Positions 46,713 through 58,176 of a DNA stretch of 64,000 nucleotides are shown piece after piece. Each line of letters begins with the position of its first letter. Within the stretch, counting starts at the first letter, position 1. The position numbers were made by a program, and so were the translations under genes. The notes beneath the pieces are model-generated. The model was not told the DNA's origin. It did no database searches and saw only the letters and a program-made list of their open reading frames with translations. The stretch comes from Cladosporium halotolerans (Eukaryota). The stretch is taken from the NCBI RefSeq assembly GCF_011745625.1, contig NW_027191454.1:558001-622000 (forward strand). Direction: 5' to 3'.

Positions 46713-47996
46713 ATGCAACAATCCCAACCCACCGCCCTCACGCACCTAACCTCCTACGTCCTCGACGCCCTCTGGTCCCTCACCAACTGCGTCTCCTGCT
46801 TCCCCTCCACGCCCACCCTCCGCATCAACTCCCGCCCCTTCAAGATCCTCCGCCTCCTCGGCGAAGGCGGCTTCAGCTACGTCTACCTGGTGCAAACGCC
46901 CGGCGACCCGACGCTCTACGCGCTCAAGAAGATCCGCTGCCCCTTCGGGCAGGAGAGCGTCGCGCAGGCGCTGAAGGAAGTCGAGGCGTACGCGCTGTTC
47001 GAGGGCGAGCAGAACGTGATCCGCGCGCTGGAGCACGAGGTCAAGGACGAGGGCGGCGAGGCCGGCAAGACGGTGTACGTGCTGCTGCCGTACTACCGGC
47101 GCGGGAACCTGCAGGATGCGATTAATGCGAATCTGGTCAATCGGGGGAGGTTTCCGGAGGCGAGGCTGATGCGGTTGATGCTCGGGGTGTGCAGGGCGTT
47201 GAAGGCGATGCATCAGTATAAAGTTGGTAGCGGAGGGGGACGGGGGGCGAGGGGCGTGAGAAGGGAGGCGGAGAGGGAGGGTGGAGCTGGGCACAAGGGG
47301 AAGGGCAAGCAGAGGCTGAGTGGGCGGGAAGAGGGTGAGGAGGACGTCGAGATCGAGCCGTTGATGGAAGGTGAGGTGAGCGCGGCGCAGGAGGGCGTGG
47401 GTGCTGGGCAGGTGCGGGCGTATGCGCATAGGGATATCAAGCCTGGAAATATTATGATCTCGGACGACGGGGCACAGCCAGTGGTCATGGACCTTGGAAG
47501 TCTGGCGCCGAGCCCAACGCCGATTACGAGTCGGGCGATGGCGCTGCAGGTCCAGGACCAGGCCGCTGAGCACAGTACGATGCCGTACCGGGCGCCGGAG
47601 CTGTTCGATGTTAAGACGGGAACGACGGTTGATGGAAAGGTTGATATCTGGTCGCTTGGCTGCACGCTGTATGCTTGTCTGGTGGGCAAGTCACCATTCG
47701 AGGCGAGGTCAGAGGAGACGGGTGGATCGCTTTCGCTATGCGTTCTGGGTGGCGACTGGAGGTTCCCTGACGAAGGGCCCCAGGAAGTCAAGAGGGGAAA
47801 GCAGAGGGTTGTCGATGAGCAGCAGCCACAGAAGCGGGACGATGTGATATCGGAACCGGTAAAGGAGGTCGTGAGGAGGTGCCTTCGCGTGGAGCCTGCG
47901 GAGAGACCAGATATTGACGAGTTGATTGCGCTGGTTGAGGAGGTGATTGATCAGCTACCTGATGATGGTAGCGGAGAGTCCGCTGGCGACATATAG
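46713..47996 (+). CDS. ENV7: NAK-family Ser/Thr kinase, Env7/STK16-like
   Basis: N-terminal Cys cluster NCVSCFP (palmitoylation-type), LLGEGGFSYVY, YALKKIRC, HRDIKPGN, MDLGS, STMPYRAPELF and DIWSLGC. Confidence 0.88.
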   Translation: MQQSQPTALTHLTSYVLDALWSLTNCVSCFPSTPTLRINSRPFKILRLLGEGGFSYVYLVQTPGDPTLYALKKIRCPFGQESVAQALKEVEAYALFEGEQNVIRALEHEVKDEGGEAGKTVYVLLPYYRRGNLQDAINANLVNRGRFPEARLMRLMLGVCRALKAMHQYKVGSGGGRGARGVRREAEREGGAGHKGKGKQRLSGREEGEEDVEIEPLMEGEVSAAQEGVGAGQVRAYAHRDIKPGNIMISDDGAQPVVMDLGSLAPSPTPITSRAMALQVQDQAAEHSTMPYRAPELFDVKTGTTVDGKVDIWSLGCTLYACLVGKSPFEARSEETGGSLSLCVLGGDWRFPDEGPQEVKRGKQRVVDEQQPQKRDDVISEPVKEVVRRCLRVEPAERPDIDELIALVEEVIDQLPDDGSGESAGDI

Positions 47997-48235
47997 ATTG
48001 TTTTGTCTTCTTGTACGATCATGAGGTGTTGCATATCCGGGTGGTTGTGTAATAGTATACCCCTTTGTGCAGCTTGCGAAATCGAAGGACTATGGTCTCC
48101 ATGACAATGTTTATACATGGCCTCGCCAATGCCCCTCGAAACCCTCAACCTACTTTACATGCATCTTACATGGCTGAACGCTATCTTTATGATACAGCTC
48201 CTGTTCGGCCCTCCTAGACCCGAGCCTGGTTATAC

Positions 48236-49180
48236 CTAACCACTCTCCAACACCTTCTTCGCACTATCCACAACCTTCTTCACCTCCGCGCTGCCCTTCT
48301 CAACGACCTTCTCCATAAGCGTACCCGCCTTTTTCAGCTCATCCGGCCGCGCGCTCTTGTCCAATTGCATCGCACGAAGCTTCTTCTGCTGCTTGCCTCG
48401 CGCATCCTTAACCGCCGTCGCCGCTTTGTCGCCCGCCTTCGCCGCCTCAGCAACAACCGCTTTACGCGAGTCTGCCGTCGGCGGCGGGATGTTTATCACC
48501 AGCAGCAGCGGGTTCGCGCCAGTCGGATCCGGCTGCGGCGTGAGCGACAGACTGCTGCTCTGAATCGCCGAAGAAACCGGTTTCACATGCTACAATCGTC
48601 CGTTAGCCAAACCTCCCCTTCTCTCAATCTCCCAGAAAGAACCTACCTCCTTCTCCCCAACAACAACCTGCACCGTCCGCCCCTTCGGCACCACCTGCGC
48701 GACATCCCCCAGCTTCACCTTCGCGCCCTTGTTGCTCTTGTCCACCACTACGCGCAGCTGCTCCAGCACCTCCGGGTTGAACCGCCCGCCCGCGCGCAGC
48801 TTCGAAAGGTCGTCTTTCAGCCGCTCGACGGCCGCCGCGATGTCTGCTTCCAGCGCGCTGAAGTCCGAGGGGTCTTCGGCAGGTCCGCCGGCGTCGGGGG
48901 ATTTGGCGGCGGCGTCGCGGGCGGCTTTGGCGCCTTTTTTGAGGTGGATGGGGGTCGAGGTGAAATTGCGGATTGAGGGATTGCTAGGCTGGAGGCGTGA
49001 TCGTGTGGTTGGGGCTGGTGTGCTTGTTGTGAGAGCTAGGCGCGTTGCGGTGCATGTTGGCCTGCGGTTGGGTTAGCTGGTGCAATTGGCATCGGAGGTT
49101 TGGGGGTGATCGCACTTGATGCACCGGCAGGATAGGCGCAGGGCGCCGCCTGATCTGAGGTATAGTTGTGAGGGGTCCAT
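48236..49180 (-). CDS. RRF1: Mitochondrial ribosome recycling factor; exons 49180-49125, 49061-48647 and 48589-48236
   Basis: Spliced frame gives an Arg/Ser/Thr-rich presequence (..IRNFTSTPIHLKK), LSKLRAGGRFNP, LGDVAQVVPKGR, and IPPPTADSRK..VKDAR..KKLR. Introns 49062-49124 and 48590-48646 have GT..CTAAC..AG. Confidence 0.8.
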
Positions 49181-49703
49181 TCTTTCTTTGGAAATGTTCG
49201 TGAGTTGGCAACTTTTTGAAGATGTTCGCGGAATCCAGCTTGCGCTCGGCGGCGTTTGAACCTCCGATCAGCTCTCCTTTGACGAGACCCTTGGACCTGG
49301 TTCCTGACCTTCCCTTGACAGCTATGAAGTTATCAATAGACCGTATGACAATATTCGGATGCCCGGCGATCCATACAAATGGCAAGAATATTTGGAAGGA
49401 ACTCTAGTGGATATTGCTGCATGAGTAACTTCATTACGCACGTTCGAGCAAAGCGTAAGGTATCCGAATACAAAGACCAATCTTATCCGATCGAACACGT
49501 TTAGACGCAACATATATCAAGTTCGAGAAGCTAAAAAGCGCATGCAAGATTGAGAACTAGTGTTTCGTTATTAACAGAAAAGGCAAGGATCGTGATCTCA
49601 ACATTCTCTGGAGCTATCGTAATCTGTAGTTCCGACAATACTAAATTTCCCATCTCTTTTAGGTTCTTCATATCTTGTCATATCGTACCATCTTTCCGAA
49701 GGC

Positions 49704-51237
49704 TTACAAGTCGCCCTTAGCGACGTAAGGCTCAAGCCTCTCCATGAGATCCTCGACTTCGAGCTCTTCGCCAGTCCACTCGACACCAGGGCCACCAGGA
49801 AGCTTCTTCGGCGGGATAAGCACGTCGCTGACGACCTGAATCACACCATCCTCCGCAACGCCATCCTGGACAGTGACACGACCAAAACCGTTGATCTTAA
49901 TACTGATGAAGCCACCGTAGCGCGCAATATCAACGCTCAAGCTGCGGTCCTCAAGCAGCGTCGGCAGGTCGACGTGGAAGTAGCCCTTGGGCACGCCCTC
50001 GTGGCTCTCGCTGCTGTCGGCTTTGTAGTAGGCGTCGGAGTAGAGCGTGTTGTCCGGCACGATGTGGTACTCGAGCAGCGCCTTGAGGTACTTCTGGCCG
50101 TACTTGCTGAAGAGGAAGGCGTTGATGCGCGGGCCCAGTTTCTGGAAGGCGAAGTTGGAGGGCGCGAAGAAGGTGCCGCCCTTGTGGTCGGTGCTGTTGA
50201 TCATGTCGAAAAGGCCCGTCTTGCCTAGGCCGAGCTCGAGCGTCGAGAACTCGCCCGGCAGCAGGTCGATGATGGTCGCGACGTTCGGGGGCGGCAGGAT
50301 GATGCTGTCGACGCCGTGGATCACGCCGTTCGTGCCGAAGATGTTGACCGCCACGATGCGGGAATAGAAGTTGACGGTCAAGCCTTTGAGGCCGATGTTG
50401 AAGGCGAGGCGCTGGGGGAGGGGCTCGCCGCCAAGGTGGTCGCCCTTAAGGAGGGTGGGGACGGTGTGGGTGAAGAGGACGCGCTTGGCGGGGTAGAGGT
50501 CCTCGACGACGTGGTAGGACAGGAGGGCCTCAAGGAACTCCTTACTGGGCTTGTGGTGGTGCTCAGGGATCTTCTCGAAGGCCTTGTCGGTCGGGGCGAA
50601 AACAGTCTGTAATGTTGTCAGTCTACCTGCAATTCAGGTTGTGAGAGAACATGAGACGTACGTAGTTAGCCTTGGTGCTGTTGAGCTTCTCAACCAGATC
50701 CGGGAAGTCATTGACGAGCTTAGCAAGCTTGGTGGTGTACTTGCTGTGGGCAATCAACTCGTAGACGGTGTGATTCGGGGGGCCGTGGTGGGGTGGGTGG
50801 TGAGGGCCGTCGTGCGGCGGGTGGTGGGGACCATCATGAGGAGGGCCGTGGTGGGGAGGGCCATGGTGAGGGTCATCGAGGGCCTCATTGAAAGACTCCA
50901 ACTCAGACTCGAGCCAGGACTGAGTGTCGAAAGCGGTATCATGGACCTTCTCGTTGAAGCCTTGAATGGCACCATCGGCTTTGGAGAAGGCGGCATCAAG
51001 CGCGTTCTTCGACTGCTCGGAAGCCTCGTTCCAGGCATCCTTCGTTGTCTCGGTCACTTCGTCGAAGTGCTTCTTGAAGCCAGAGAGGACGTCGTCCTTG
51101 GTGGAAACGGCATCATCATACCATGAGTTGCCACCGCGGTGGTTCTCCTCGATGGAGATCTCCTGGAGGACTTCCTCTGATGGGAGGACCAGGGCAGAGC
51201 CGGCTGCCACGAATGGCAAGACGTGAGAAAGCTTCAT
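49704..51237 (-). CDS. Secreted fasciclin protein with two FAS1 domains and His/Pro repeats; intron 50607-50661
   Basis: Signal peptide MKLSHVLPFVAAGSA, FAS1 motifs NY|TVFAPTDKAF, NGVIHGVDSIILPP, TFFAPSNFAF..LLEYHIV and DGVIQVVSDVLIPP. Confidence 0.88.
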
Positions 51238-52437
51238 GATGTCTGAAGCAGTATCACAGCAATGATAGATGGAAGGTGAAAGGAAACAGCTCAATGATGG
51301 AGTGAAATAGTGTTGCCTACGCTTATGCGCACGCCATGCCTACGAGCCGATGACGACTACGACACGGCGGTCCGGCAGGACAGAGCTCCGTCCTCCACGT
51401 CTTCGGTGTTGCGAACGCGAGGGCAGCGCCATCTCGGGTTTCAGTTAATGGTGGTCTGGGATCCATTGCTCTCTGGTATGGAGGCTGTCGCAGTCGCTGC
51501 TGGGAAAATACAAGTTTCTTGATTTCTGTTAGGGCCGAGCGTCCATTCAACTCAACAATAGTTGCGAATGGTTACTGTTTGGAGCGAAGAGGATCATGAC
51601 ATCAGAGCCTGTGGATGCAGACATCGTTTCTCTCGCCTTTTGAGAGAGAGAGCTGCAGGCGAGTCGTTCGAGACACATGCTGACCCTTTGAACCGTTGGT
51701 CGATGGTGTTAGTTGGCCAGCCCCAGGGCCATTGGTTTCAATCCAACAATTCAGACATGTCCTGCACCATTCACCTTCTTTCGTATTCCTCGGTCGATCA
51801 GCAAATGATCAGTAGCATGCGTGAAACGCCAACGGACGAGCACGGATGTGCCAAGTGTGATCCCCCGGAGCCAAGGCGAGCTGGTGCATCAGCGTGGTCT
51901 GAACATATCGCGGGGCAAGTAAACACCGTGCCTGAAATGTTTATACCGTGATGTCCATCAACGGATACCAGATCACGATAATCGGACCTTTCATGTCGTC
52001 CTCGGTCCCACATGCTGCATCTCCGCGCTGGGTAGCCTGAAGCCTGCCATTCGTCATAGCAGCGGAGGGCGGCGGATCAAGCTCTCCGTCCCAGCCGAGC
52101 GAGACCACCCAAATGCTGGCCGACCACGCCAACCACGCAGCTCTTACGGCACGGCCATACACTGCTCACCTCCTTGCGTAGGCTGATCCACCGCTCTCAC
52201 CCGCATCTTCGTATGCTCTTTGTCACGCTTGACGTCAGCCTGTGGTCCCCAATGGTCTATTCACGGTAGTCGCGGTGCGTGAGAAGCATCTGATCTTAGA
52301 ATGGATAAGTACAAACAAACCGACTCCCCACCTTCCCAGCTCTTCCACACCTCAATTGCCCTCACAACCTGCCGTTGACCCTCAATTGCCGTCCACTTTC
52401 TTTGAAATCAATCTCGGCAAAACTCACTTAACCCAGC

Positions 52438-54223
52438 ATGGCCGGACTCGCACGCCACGTCGATCCCGACGAGGTCATTGCCCGCCTCCACGAGCACCCT
52501 CATCTCGCCCACCGCGCGAAGCATCGCAGCACTGTCTCCAACCTCACACCCTACAGCAGCCGCTACAATGCCCAAACCGAGCTCTCCAAGTACCGGATCC
52601 CGCAGGCCGGCGCGCCTGCCGACGCCGTGCACGAGATGCTCAAGGACGAGCTTGATCTCGACGGCCGACCCAACCTGAACCTTGCGTCGTTCGTCGGCAC
52701 CTACATGGAGCGCGATGCCGAGGCGCTCATGGTCGAGAACCTCAGCAAAAACTTGGCCGACGCCGACGAATACCCTGCCATGATGGACATCCACGCTCGC
52801 TGCATCAGCATGATCGCCCATATGTGGGGCGTGCAGAAGGGCGAGAAGGCCATTGGGTCTGCTACGACGGGCAGCAGTGAAGCGATTCACCTTGGCGGTC
52901 TGGCGATGAAGCGTCGCTGGCAGGAGAAGCGCAAGGCCGAGGGCAAGGACACTTCGAAGCCGAACATCATCATGGGCGCCAACGCGCAGGTCGCGCTGGA
53001 GAAGTTCGCCCGCTACTTCGAGGTCGAGGCTCGTATTCTGGATGTCTCGGCGAAGAGCTCCTACCGCCTTGATCCGGAGCTCGTGAAGAAAAACATTGAC
53101 GAGAACACTATTGGTGTCTTCGTCATCCTCGGAAGCACCTACACTGGGCACTACGAGCCTGTTTGGGAGATCAACGATATCCTCGATGAGTATGAGAAGA
53201 AGACTGGTGTTGATATCCCGATCCATGTGGATGCCGCGAGTGGAGGTTTCATTGCGCCTTTCACAAACGCGCAGGTCGGAGGACACAAGTGGAACTTTGA
53301 GTTGCCTCGAGTGAAGTCGATCAATACGTCCGGCCATAAGGTAAGTTCAACATGTTCTCCCGCACTGTTGTCCGTAATTATCACGGTCCACTAACGTCGC
53401 TGTAGTTCGGTCTCGTCTATGCCGGCGTCGGCTGGATCGTTTGGCGCGACGAAAGCTACCTGCCCAAGCACCTGATCTTCGAGCTTCACTACCTGGGCGG
53501 CACTGAAGAATCCTTCACCCGGATTCTTCACCCTCAACTTCTCCCGCCCTGGCGCCCAAGTCATCGCGCAGTACTACAACCTGATCCACCTCGGCTTCGA
53601 CGGCTACCGCGCGATCATGGAAAACAGCCTCGCAAACGCCCGCCTGCTCAGCAAATCGCTCGAAGCGACAGGCTGGTACCGCTGCATCAGCGACATCCAC
53701 CGCCCCAAGGGCCAGATCGAGTACAAGCCGGGCGAGTACTACGAGGGCAATGACGGCGAGACCTCCGCGGACTACAACGCCGGCCTCCCCGTCGTCGCCT
53801 TCACGCTCACGGACGACTTCAAGCAGAAGTTCCCGCACGTCAAGCAAGTCAGCATCTCAAACCTGCTGCGCGCGAAGCAGTACATCATCCCCAGTGAGTA
53901 GTCCCTTCCCACCCGCCCCTCGCACCCCGCCGCTAACAAACGCCGCAGACTACCCCCTCCCGCCCAAGGAAGAGGGCACGGAGATTCTGCGCGTGGTGGT
54001 GCGCGAGAGCATGTCGCTGGACCTGCTCGACCGACTGATCACGGACATCTTCGCGGTGACGGAGAGTGTGATGAACAGCGATGCGATCGACCTGGGCATC
54101 TGGCAGCCGTTCCAGAACAACAACAGCACGGAGAAGGAGCACAGCAGCGCCGGCGCCAAGTCGCACGAGAAGCACAAGCACCGCCAGCCGATGGAGAAGG
54201 GCGTGCACAGGACGGTGTGCTAG
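52438..54223 (+). pseudogene. GAD1: Glutamate decarboxylase (PLP-dependent) with an apparent +13-nt frameshift at 53521-53533; exons 52438-53340, 53406-53893 and 53949-54223
   Basis: LDGRPNLNLASFV, KNLADADEYP, TTGSSEA, HVDAASGGF, PLP lysine INTSGHK|FGLVYAG, and NYPLPP..LRVVVR. The conserved GGTEESFTLNFSRPG is split by an inserted GGATTCTTCACCC. The gene identity is secure, but pseudogene versus assembly error is unresolved. Confidence 0.75.
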
Positions 54224-54366
54224 ATTGTCGGTGTTGGGATGGTTCACGAGCGACAATGATGGGTTTGCAGATGTAGTAATGAAAAAGGCGATGCAAGCGT
54301 AAATGGGTAATAGTTTTAGTGTTGGGACATTTCTCTTTCATTTCTCACGTTTGAAGTCGTTTGTTC

Positions 54367-56679
54367 CTAAAAGCTGCCGCTTTCGAGCACCTCGTCTTCG
54401 GCCTCCGCCTTGGGAGCCTTCCTGGGGTCGTCTCTCGCCAGCAGCACTTTGGTATCTTCCCTCTTGCCCTCAGTGAGGTCAATCCCGCTGTCTCCATCCC
54501 CTCCACTCAGCATCCCCGGTCCACCCTTCTTCGCAAGCTCCTTGTCGTAGCTGCTCGGGTCAATGCCCAAAATGCCGCCGACATTATTGCGGTCGCCCGG
54601 CACAGAGAACTCGCGGAAAGCGTACCGCCACTCGGTCAAATACTGACGAATCGCCTTGCCGACCTTGTCCTTCCCGTTCTTGCTGTGGTGCCCCGTGCCC
54701 GTGATGGCGTACACCGGGCGCGCCGAGGCCTTGTGCTCCTGCAGGCAGTCGGAGAGGTACGCGACGGCCTCGTCGGCGTGCAAGCCGTGCAGGTCGACGT
54801 ACAGCTCCTTCTGGCGGCCGTCGGCCGCGGCCAGCAGCTTGTTGCGCTCCTCGTACAGCACGCGCGCGGCCTCGCGGTGGGCCTCGCGCATGAGCGCGTT
54901 CTCGTTCTGACCGCGGAGGGAGAGGGCTTTGGCGCCACGCGCGTCGTTGCGGTTCCAGGCTTGCGCCGCGGACTGCAGGAACTTGTTGCGCAGGCCGCCG
55001 TGCCGGACGGCGTCGGAGCGCGCTTTGAGGTACGCACGGTTGACGTTCTCGCCCGTCTCCAGCCAAGGGATATCTTTCGGGGGTGGGATGGCGAGGGAGG
55101 CGGTGCCGTTTTCGCGGGTCGAGGTGAAGCTGCGGTTGTTGCGGAGGCCGCGGCGCATGGCTTCGCGGGAGTTGGGGTTTGAAGGCGCGGGCGAGGGGCT
55201 CATGCGCACGACGTCCGCGAGGGATCCGGGCTGTGGAGTGACGATCGCGTTGTTGTTGTGGTGGCCGTGTCCGCCTCGCTTGCCGTGATGGCGTTTCCCG
55301 GGTCTACTAGCAGCAGCAGATCCGAGGGAAGGAAAGGCCTCGTCGTCGTTGAAGTTCGGCTGAGACCCTGGGGTAGGTGCTCTGGAATTATGTCTGCTCC
55401 CAGGGCGAGATGCTGGTAGAGATTGATTGCGCGGCCCCGTCGGGACAAAGTTCGGGAACAGGCCTGGCGGAGCGGCGGCAAAAGCCTGCTGGTTCTGCAG
55501 AAGGACAGCACTGATAGTCTGCGGGTCTACTAGGGGATCCGTGTCTTCGTAGGGATTGCTAGTCTGCGGCTGCAAAGATGGGAAACTGTCGTAGTCCTGG
55601 AGTTGGAGATTGGGTGGTACTTGCTGAGGCGTGCCGGCTTCGCTGTTGCTGTTCGTAAGAGACAGCTGCTGCATCATCGCTACCGGGTCATGCGAGAACT
55701 GGCAGAGATTGCCTGCAAGACAGTTTCCCTGCAGCCAAAACTTGCAGACGTGGTTCTCGAGGGTGTGAGCAAAGCGACAGTCAGCGCGAGCGCAGTGGCC
55801 CGACGAGAGCCAGTAGCGGCAAACGATTGGGGACTTCTGCTGGCCGACTGGAGTGATCGGCCGGGAAGAGGGAGACATGCTTTTGCCGACCAAATACGTG
55901 TGACTTTGCTGCTCCTGTCCTGCCGCTCCGGTAACGCCTGAATCTTGGGCCTCCATCAGGAAGTTGATTGTCTGGCTGAGGTCATAGCCGTTGGCCTCCA
56001 GTATCTTTTCCAACTCATCGTCGCTCCTATTGTCCTGCAAGATGGAGCGAAGCATGTCGTAGGGGCTCATGTCTGTCGTGTAAGGTTGCATATACTCTGA
56101 CGTGCTTGTGAAACCAGCGTCACCGAAGCTCGTGTTGCTGCTGGTCTCGTCATTGACGAGCCAGTCCACATTGTCGCTGCCGTAATCGCCATAATTTTCG
56201 GTCGTGGGCGAAGAATCACTGAATTGGTAGATACTAAGCCTCGGTGAATGTGGGATTGCTGGCGTTGAGATCGGAAGTCGAGGCGAAGGCTTGGGCGAGG
56301 TGAAGGGAGAGGCAGTCGAGCTCATAGTACGGGCAAGCGCAGGCGGCTGTGGTCCCAGGCCCGGAGGTGGGCCCGGGGTGGCATTTGCAGGGCGCGGCGA
56401 GCCAGCATTTGAAGGCGTACTCGCGCGCTGCAACCAGGGAGCAGGCGAGCGCGAACGGATGATGTTCGCACCGCGCATGGTCTGAGGACTCGTTGTCTTC
56501 TCCTTTGCGCCCTTCCATCTCCACAGCGCGCCCAAGACAGCATCCTCCAGGGCTTTGCCCTTCAGCGAAGCAGGCTCACTGCTCAGCAGTTCCTCCAACT
56601 TGTCTGTCTTCTCCTCATCTCCCAGGTCGTCATCGTCCAGCACAGGCTGGCAAAGCTCGTATATCCGGTCGGACACCAT
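54367..56679 (-). CDS. CCCH zinc finger / CUE-like / DUF1771 / Smr-domain protein (putative RNA endonuclease)
   Basis: Two CCCH fingers (CRYWLSSGHCARADCRFAH, CKFWLQGNCLAGNLCQFSH), a CUE-like helix bundle, DUF1771-like AAQAWNRNDARGAKALS, and Smr motifs VDLHGLH and ITGTGHHS. Confidence 0.88.
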   Translation of the reverse strand: MVSDRIYELCQPVLDDDDLGDEEKTDKLEELLSSEPASLKGKALEDAVLGALWRWKGAKEKTTSPQTMRGANIIRSRSPAPWLQRASTPSNAGSPRPANATPGPPPGLGPQPPALARTMSSTASPFTSPKPSPRLPISTPAIPHSPRLSIYQFSDSSPTTENYGDYGSDNVDWLVNDETSSNTSFGDAGFTSTSEYMQPYTTDMSPYDMLRSILQDNRSDDELEKILEANGYDLSQTINFLMEAQDSGVTGAAGQEQQSHTYLVGKSMSPSSRPITPVGQQKSPIVCRYWLSSGHCARADCRFAHTLENHVCKFWLQGNCLAGNLCQFSHDPVAMMQQLSLTNSNSEAGTPQQVPPNLQLQDYDSFPSLQPQTSNPYEDTDPLVDPQTISAVLLQNQQAFAAAPPGLFPNFVPTGPRNQSLPASRPGSRHNSRAPTPGSQPNFNDDEAFPSLGSAAASRPGKRHHGKRGGHGHHNNNAIVTPQPGSLADVVRMSPSPAPSNPNSREAMRRGLRNNRSFTSTRENGTASLAIPPPKDIPWLETGENVNRAYLKARSDAVRHGGLRNKFLQSAAQAWNRNDARGAKALSLRGQNENALMREAHREAARVLYEERNKLLAAADGRQKELYVDLHGLHADEAVAYLSDCLQEHKASARPVYAITGTGHHSKNGKDKVGKAIRQYLTEWRYAFREFSVPGDRNNVGGILGIDPSSYDKELAKKGGPGMLSGGDGDSGIDLTEGKREDTKVLLARDDPRKAPKAEAEDEVLESGSF

Positions 56680-57369
56680 GCCTGTTCGTTGTTGCTGAAG
56701 TGCTGGTGGTGGTGATATTATATTACTCGTGCAGCATCAAATCGTCAGAAGGTCGTGATCAAGGCGGTTAGGCGTGGGTGGTCATAAGCGCGCGGGAAGC
56801 CGTCGTGGCTGCCGTCAGTGGTGCCGTATTGCCACGACTCGGCTCGTACGCGAGGCGCGGCGTGAACGTGCGTGAGCGTGGTCGCGCAGTGGTTTCGCAG
56901 GGATAGACAGCGGCGTGTCTGGGGAGGTTGGGGAGTGGAGGGCGAGGTGTCGGTGTGAGGTGAACGGGTCGACAGGTCTCGGAGCGGCGTGGCGGGGACG
57001 AGTGAGCGGTGGGAGCTTGATCAGGCTGGCGCACTCGTCGCCGTCGAACGTGTGGGGAGACGACCGTGCACTCCTTGCGTTGTCTTTGCTTCCTGCTTGG
57101 ACGCGAGCACGTGCAATCCTGCCGACGATGAAGTGAAAAGTATCAGCTGCACCATATGCGATCCAGCTTTCGTCGCTCGTGAACAAGGATACGTCACGTA
57201 AGCAGTCTGCCACAATCTACGACGGCAGGGCCCTGGAAAGCTTCGTCTCGAGAGTTTGGCCCGAGCCTTGTGTAGGCTTGACCTGCCTATGAGCGATCTC
57301 TAAGCTATCTCATCGCACGGCCACACCATCTCTCTCGACATCTCCTGGTGGTCGCCTCCCGTCACAGCC

Positions 57370-58176
57370 ATGTCGGCGACTGAGACTCAGGTTCCCATAG
57401 TGGAGCAGGTCATTCACCCGGAGTCTCTATCCACACCCACTTTCGCGTTCTCCGGCTACCTCGCGCGGTCCCTCCCAACCCTCGGACGGCCCTCGAAGAT
57501 CGCTAGACCCATATGCGCCGAATACAAGGCTGGCAACTGCCCACGCGGCGTGCTTTGCCACGACAGACACTACACTCCGCCCTCTGAGCGCAGCGGCATC
57601 AACAACCTCATCTGCAAACATTACCAACGCGGTCTCTGCAAGAAAGGCGACGCCTGCGAGTTCGCGCACACCTTCAACCTACGCGATGAGCGCGAATGTA
57701 AGGAGTTCTCGCGCTTCGGCCTGTGCTCATCGGGCGACGACTGCACGTACCTACACATATCTCCCACCAGCGAACTGCGACGGCCCGCCTGCCCTCACTA
57801 CACGCGCGGATTCTGCCCGCTGGGACCGCACTGCGCGATGCGCCATGTCAAACACCCGAGGATATGCCCCTTCTACCTGGCGGGATTTTGCCCTAATGGC
57901 CGCGCGCACCCTCCAGGACCAGACAAGGTGGTGAGCTGCGAGCACGGCGCGCACGCGCGATGGATCAAGGATGATGATTTGCATCCGAAGAAGCCCGAGC
58001 CCAGGACCGAGCAGCACATCGAACAGGAGGCGAAAGAGCAGGAACAGAGAGAGCAGGAGTTCTACGAGGAATCTGAACGGATATTTGAAAGGAATGCAAG
58101 AGGCATGGACGGAGGAGGTAGAGGAGGTTTCAGAGGCAGAGGCAGAGGAAGAGGATTCCGTGGCAGACGGTTTTAG
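57370..58176 (+). CDS. YTH1: mRNA 3'-end processing factor Yth1/CPSF30
   Basis: Five CCCH fingers (e.g. ICKHYQRGLCKKGDACEFAH, CPHYTRGFCPLGPHCAMRH, CPFYLAGFCP) and an RGG-rich tail. Confidence 0.85.
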   Translation: MSATETQVPIVEQVIHPESLSTPTFAFSGYLARSLPTLGRPSKIARPICAEYKAGNCPRGVLCHDRHYTPPSERSGINNLICKHYQRGLCKKGDACEFAHTFNLRDERECKEFSRFGLCSSGDDCTYLHISPTSELRRPACPHYTRGFCPLGPHCAMRHVKHPRICPFYLAGFCPNGRAHPPGPDKVVSCEHGAHARWIKDDDLHPKKPEPRTEQHIEQEAKEQEQREQEFYEESERIFERNARGMDGGGRGGFRGRGRGRGFRGRRF

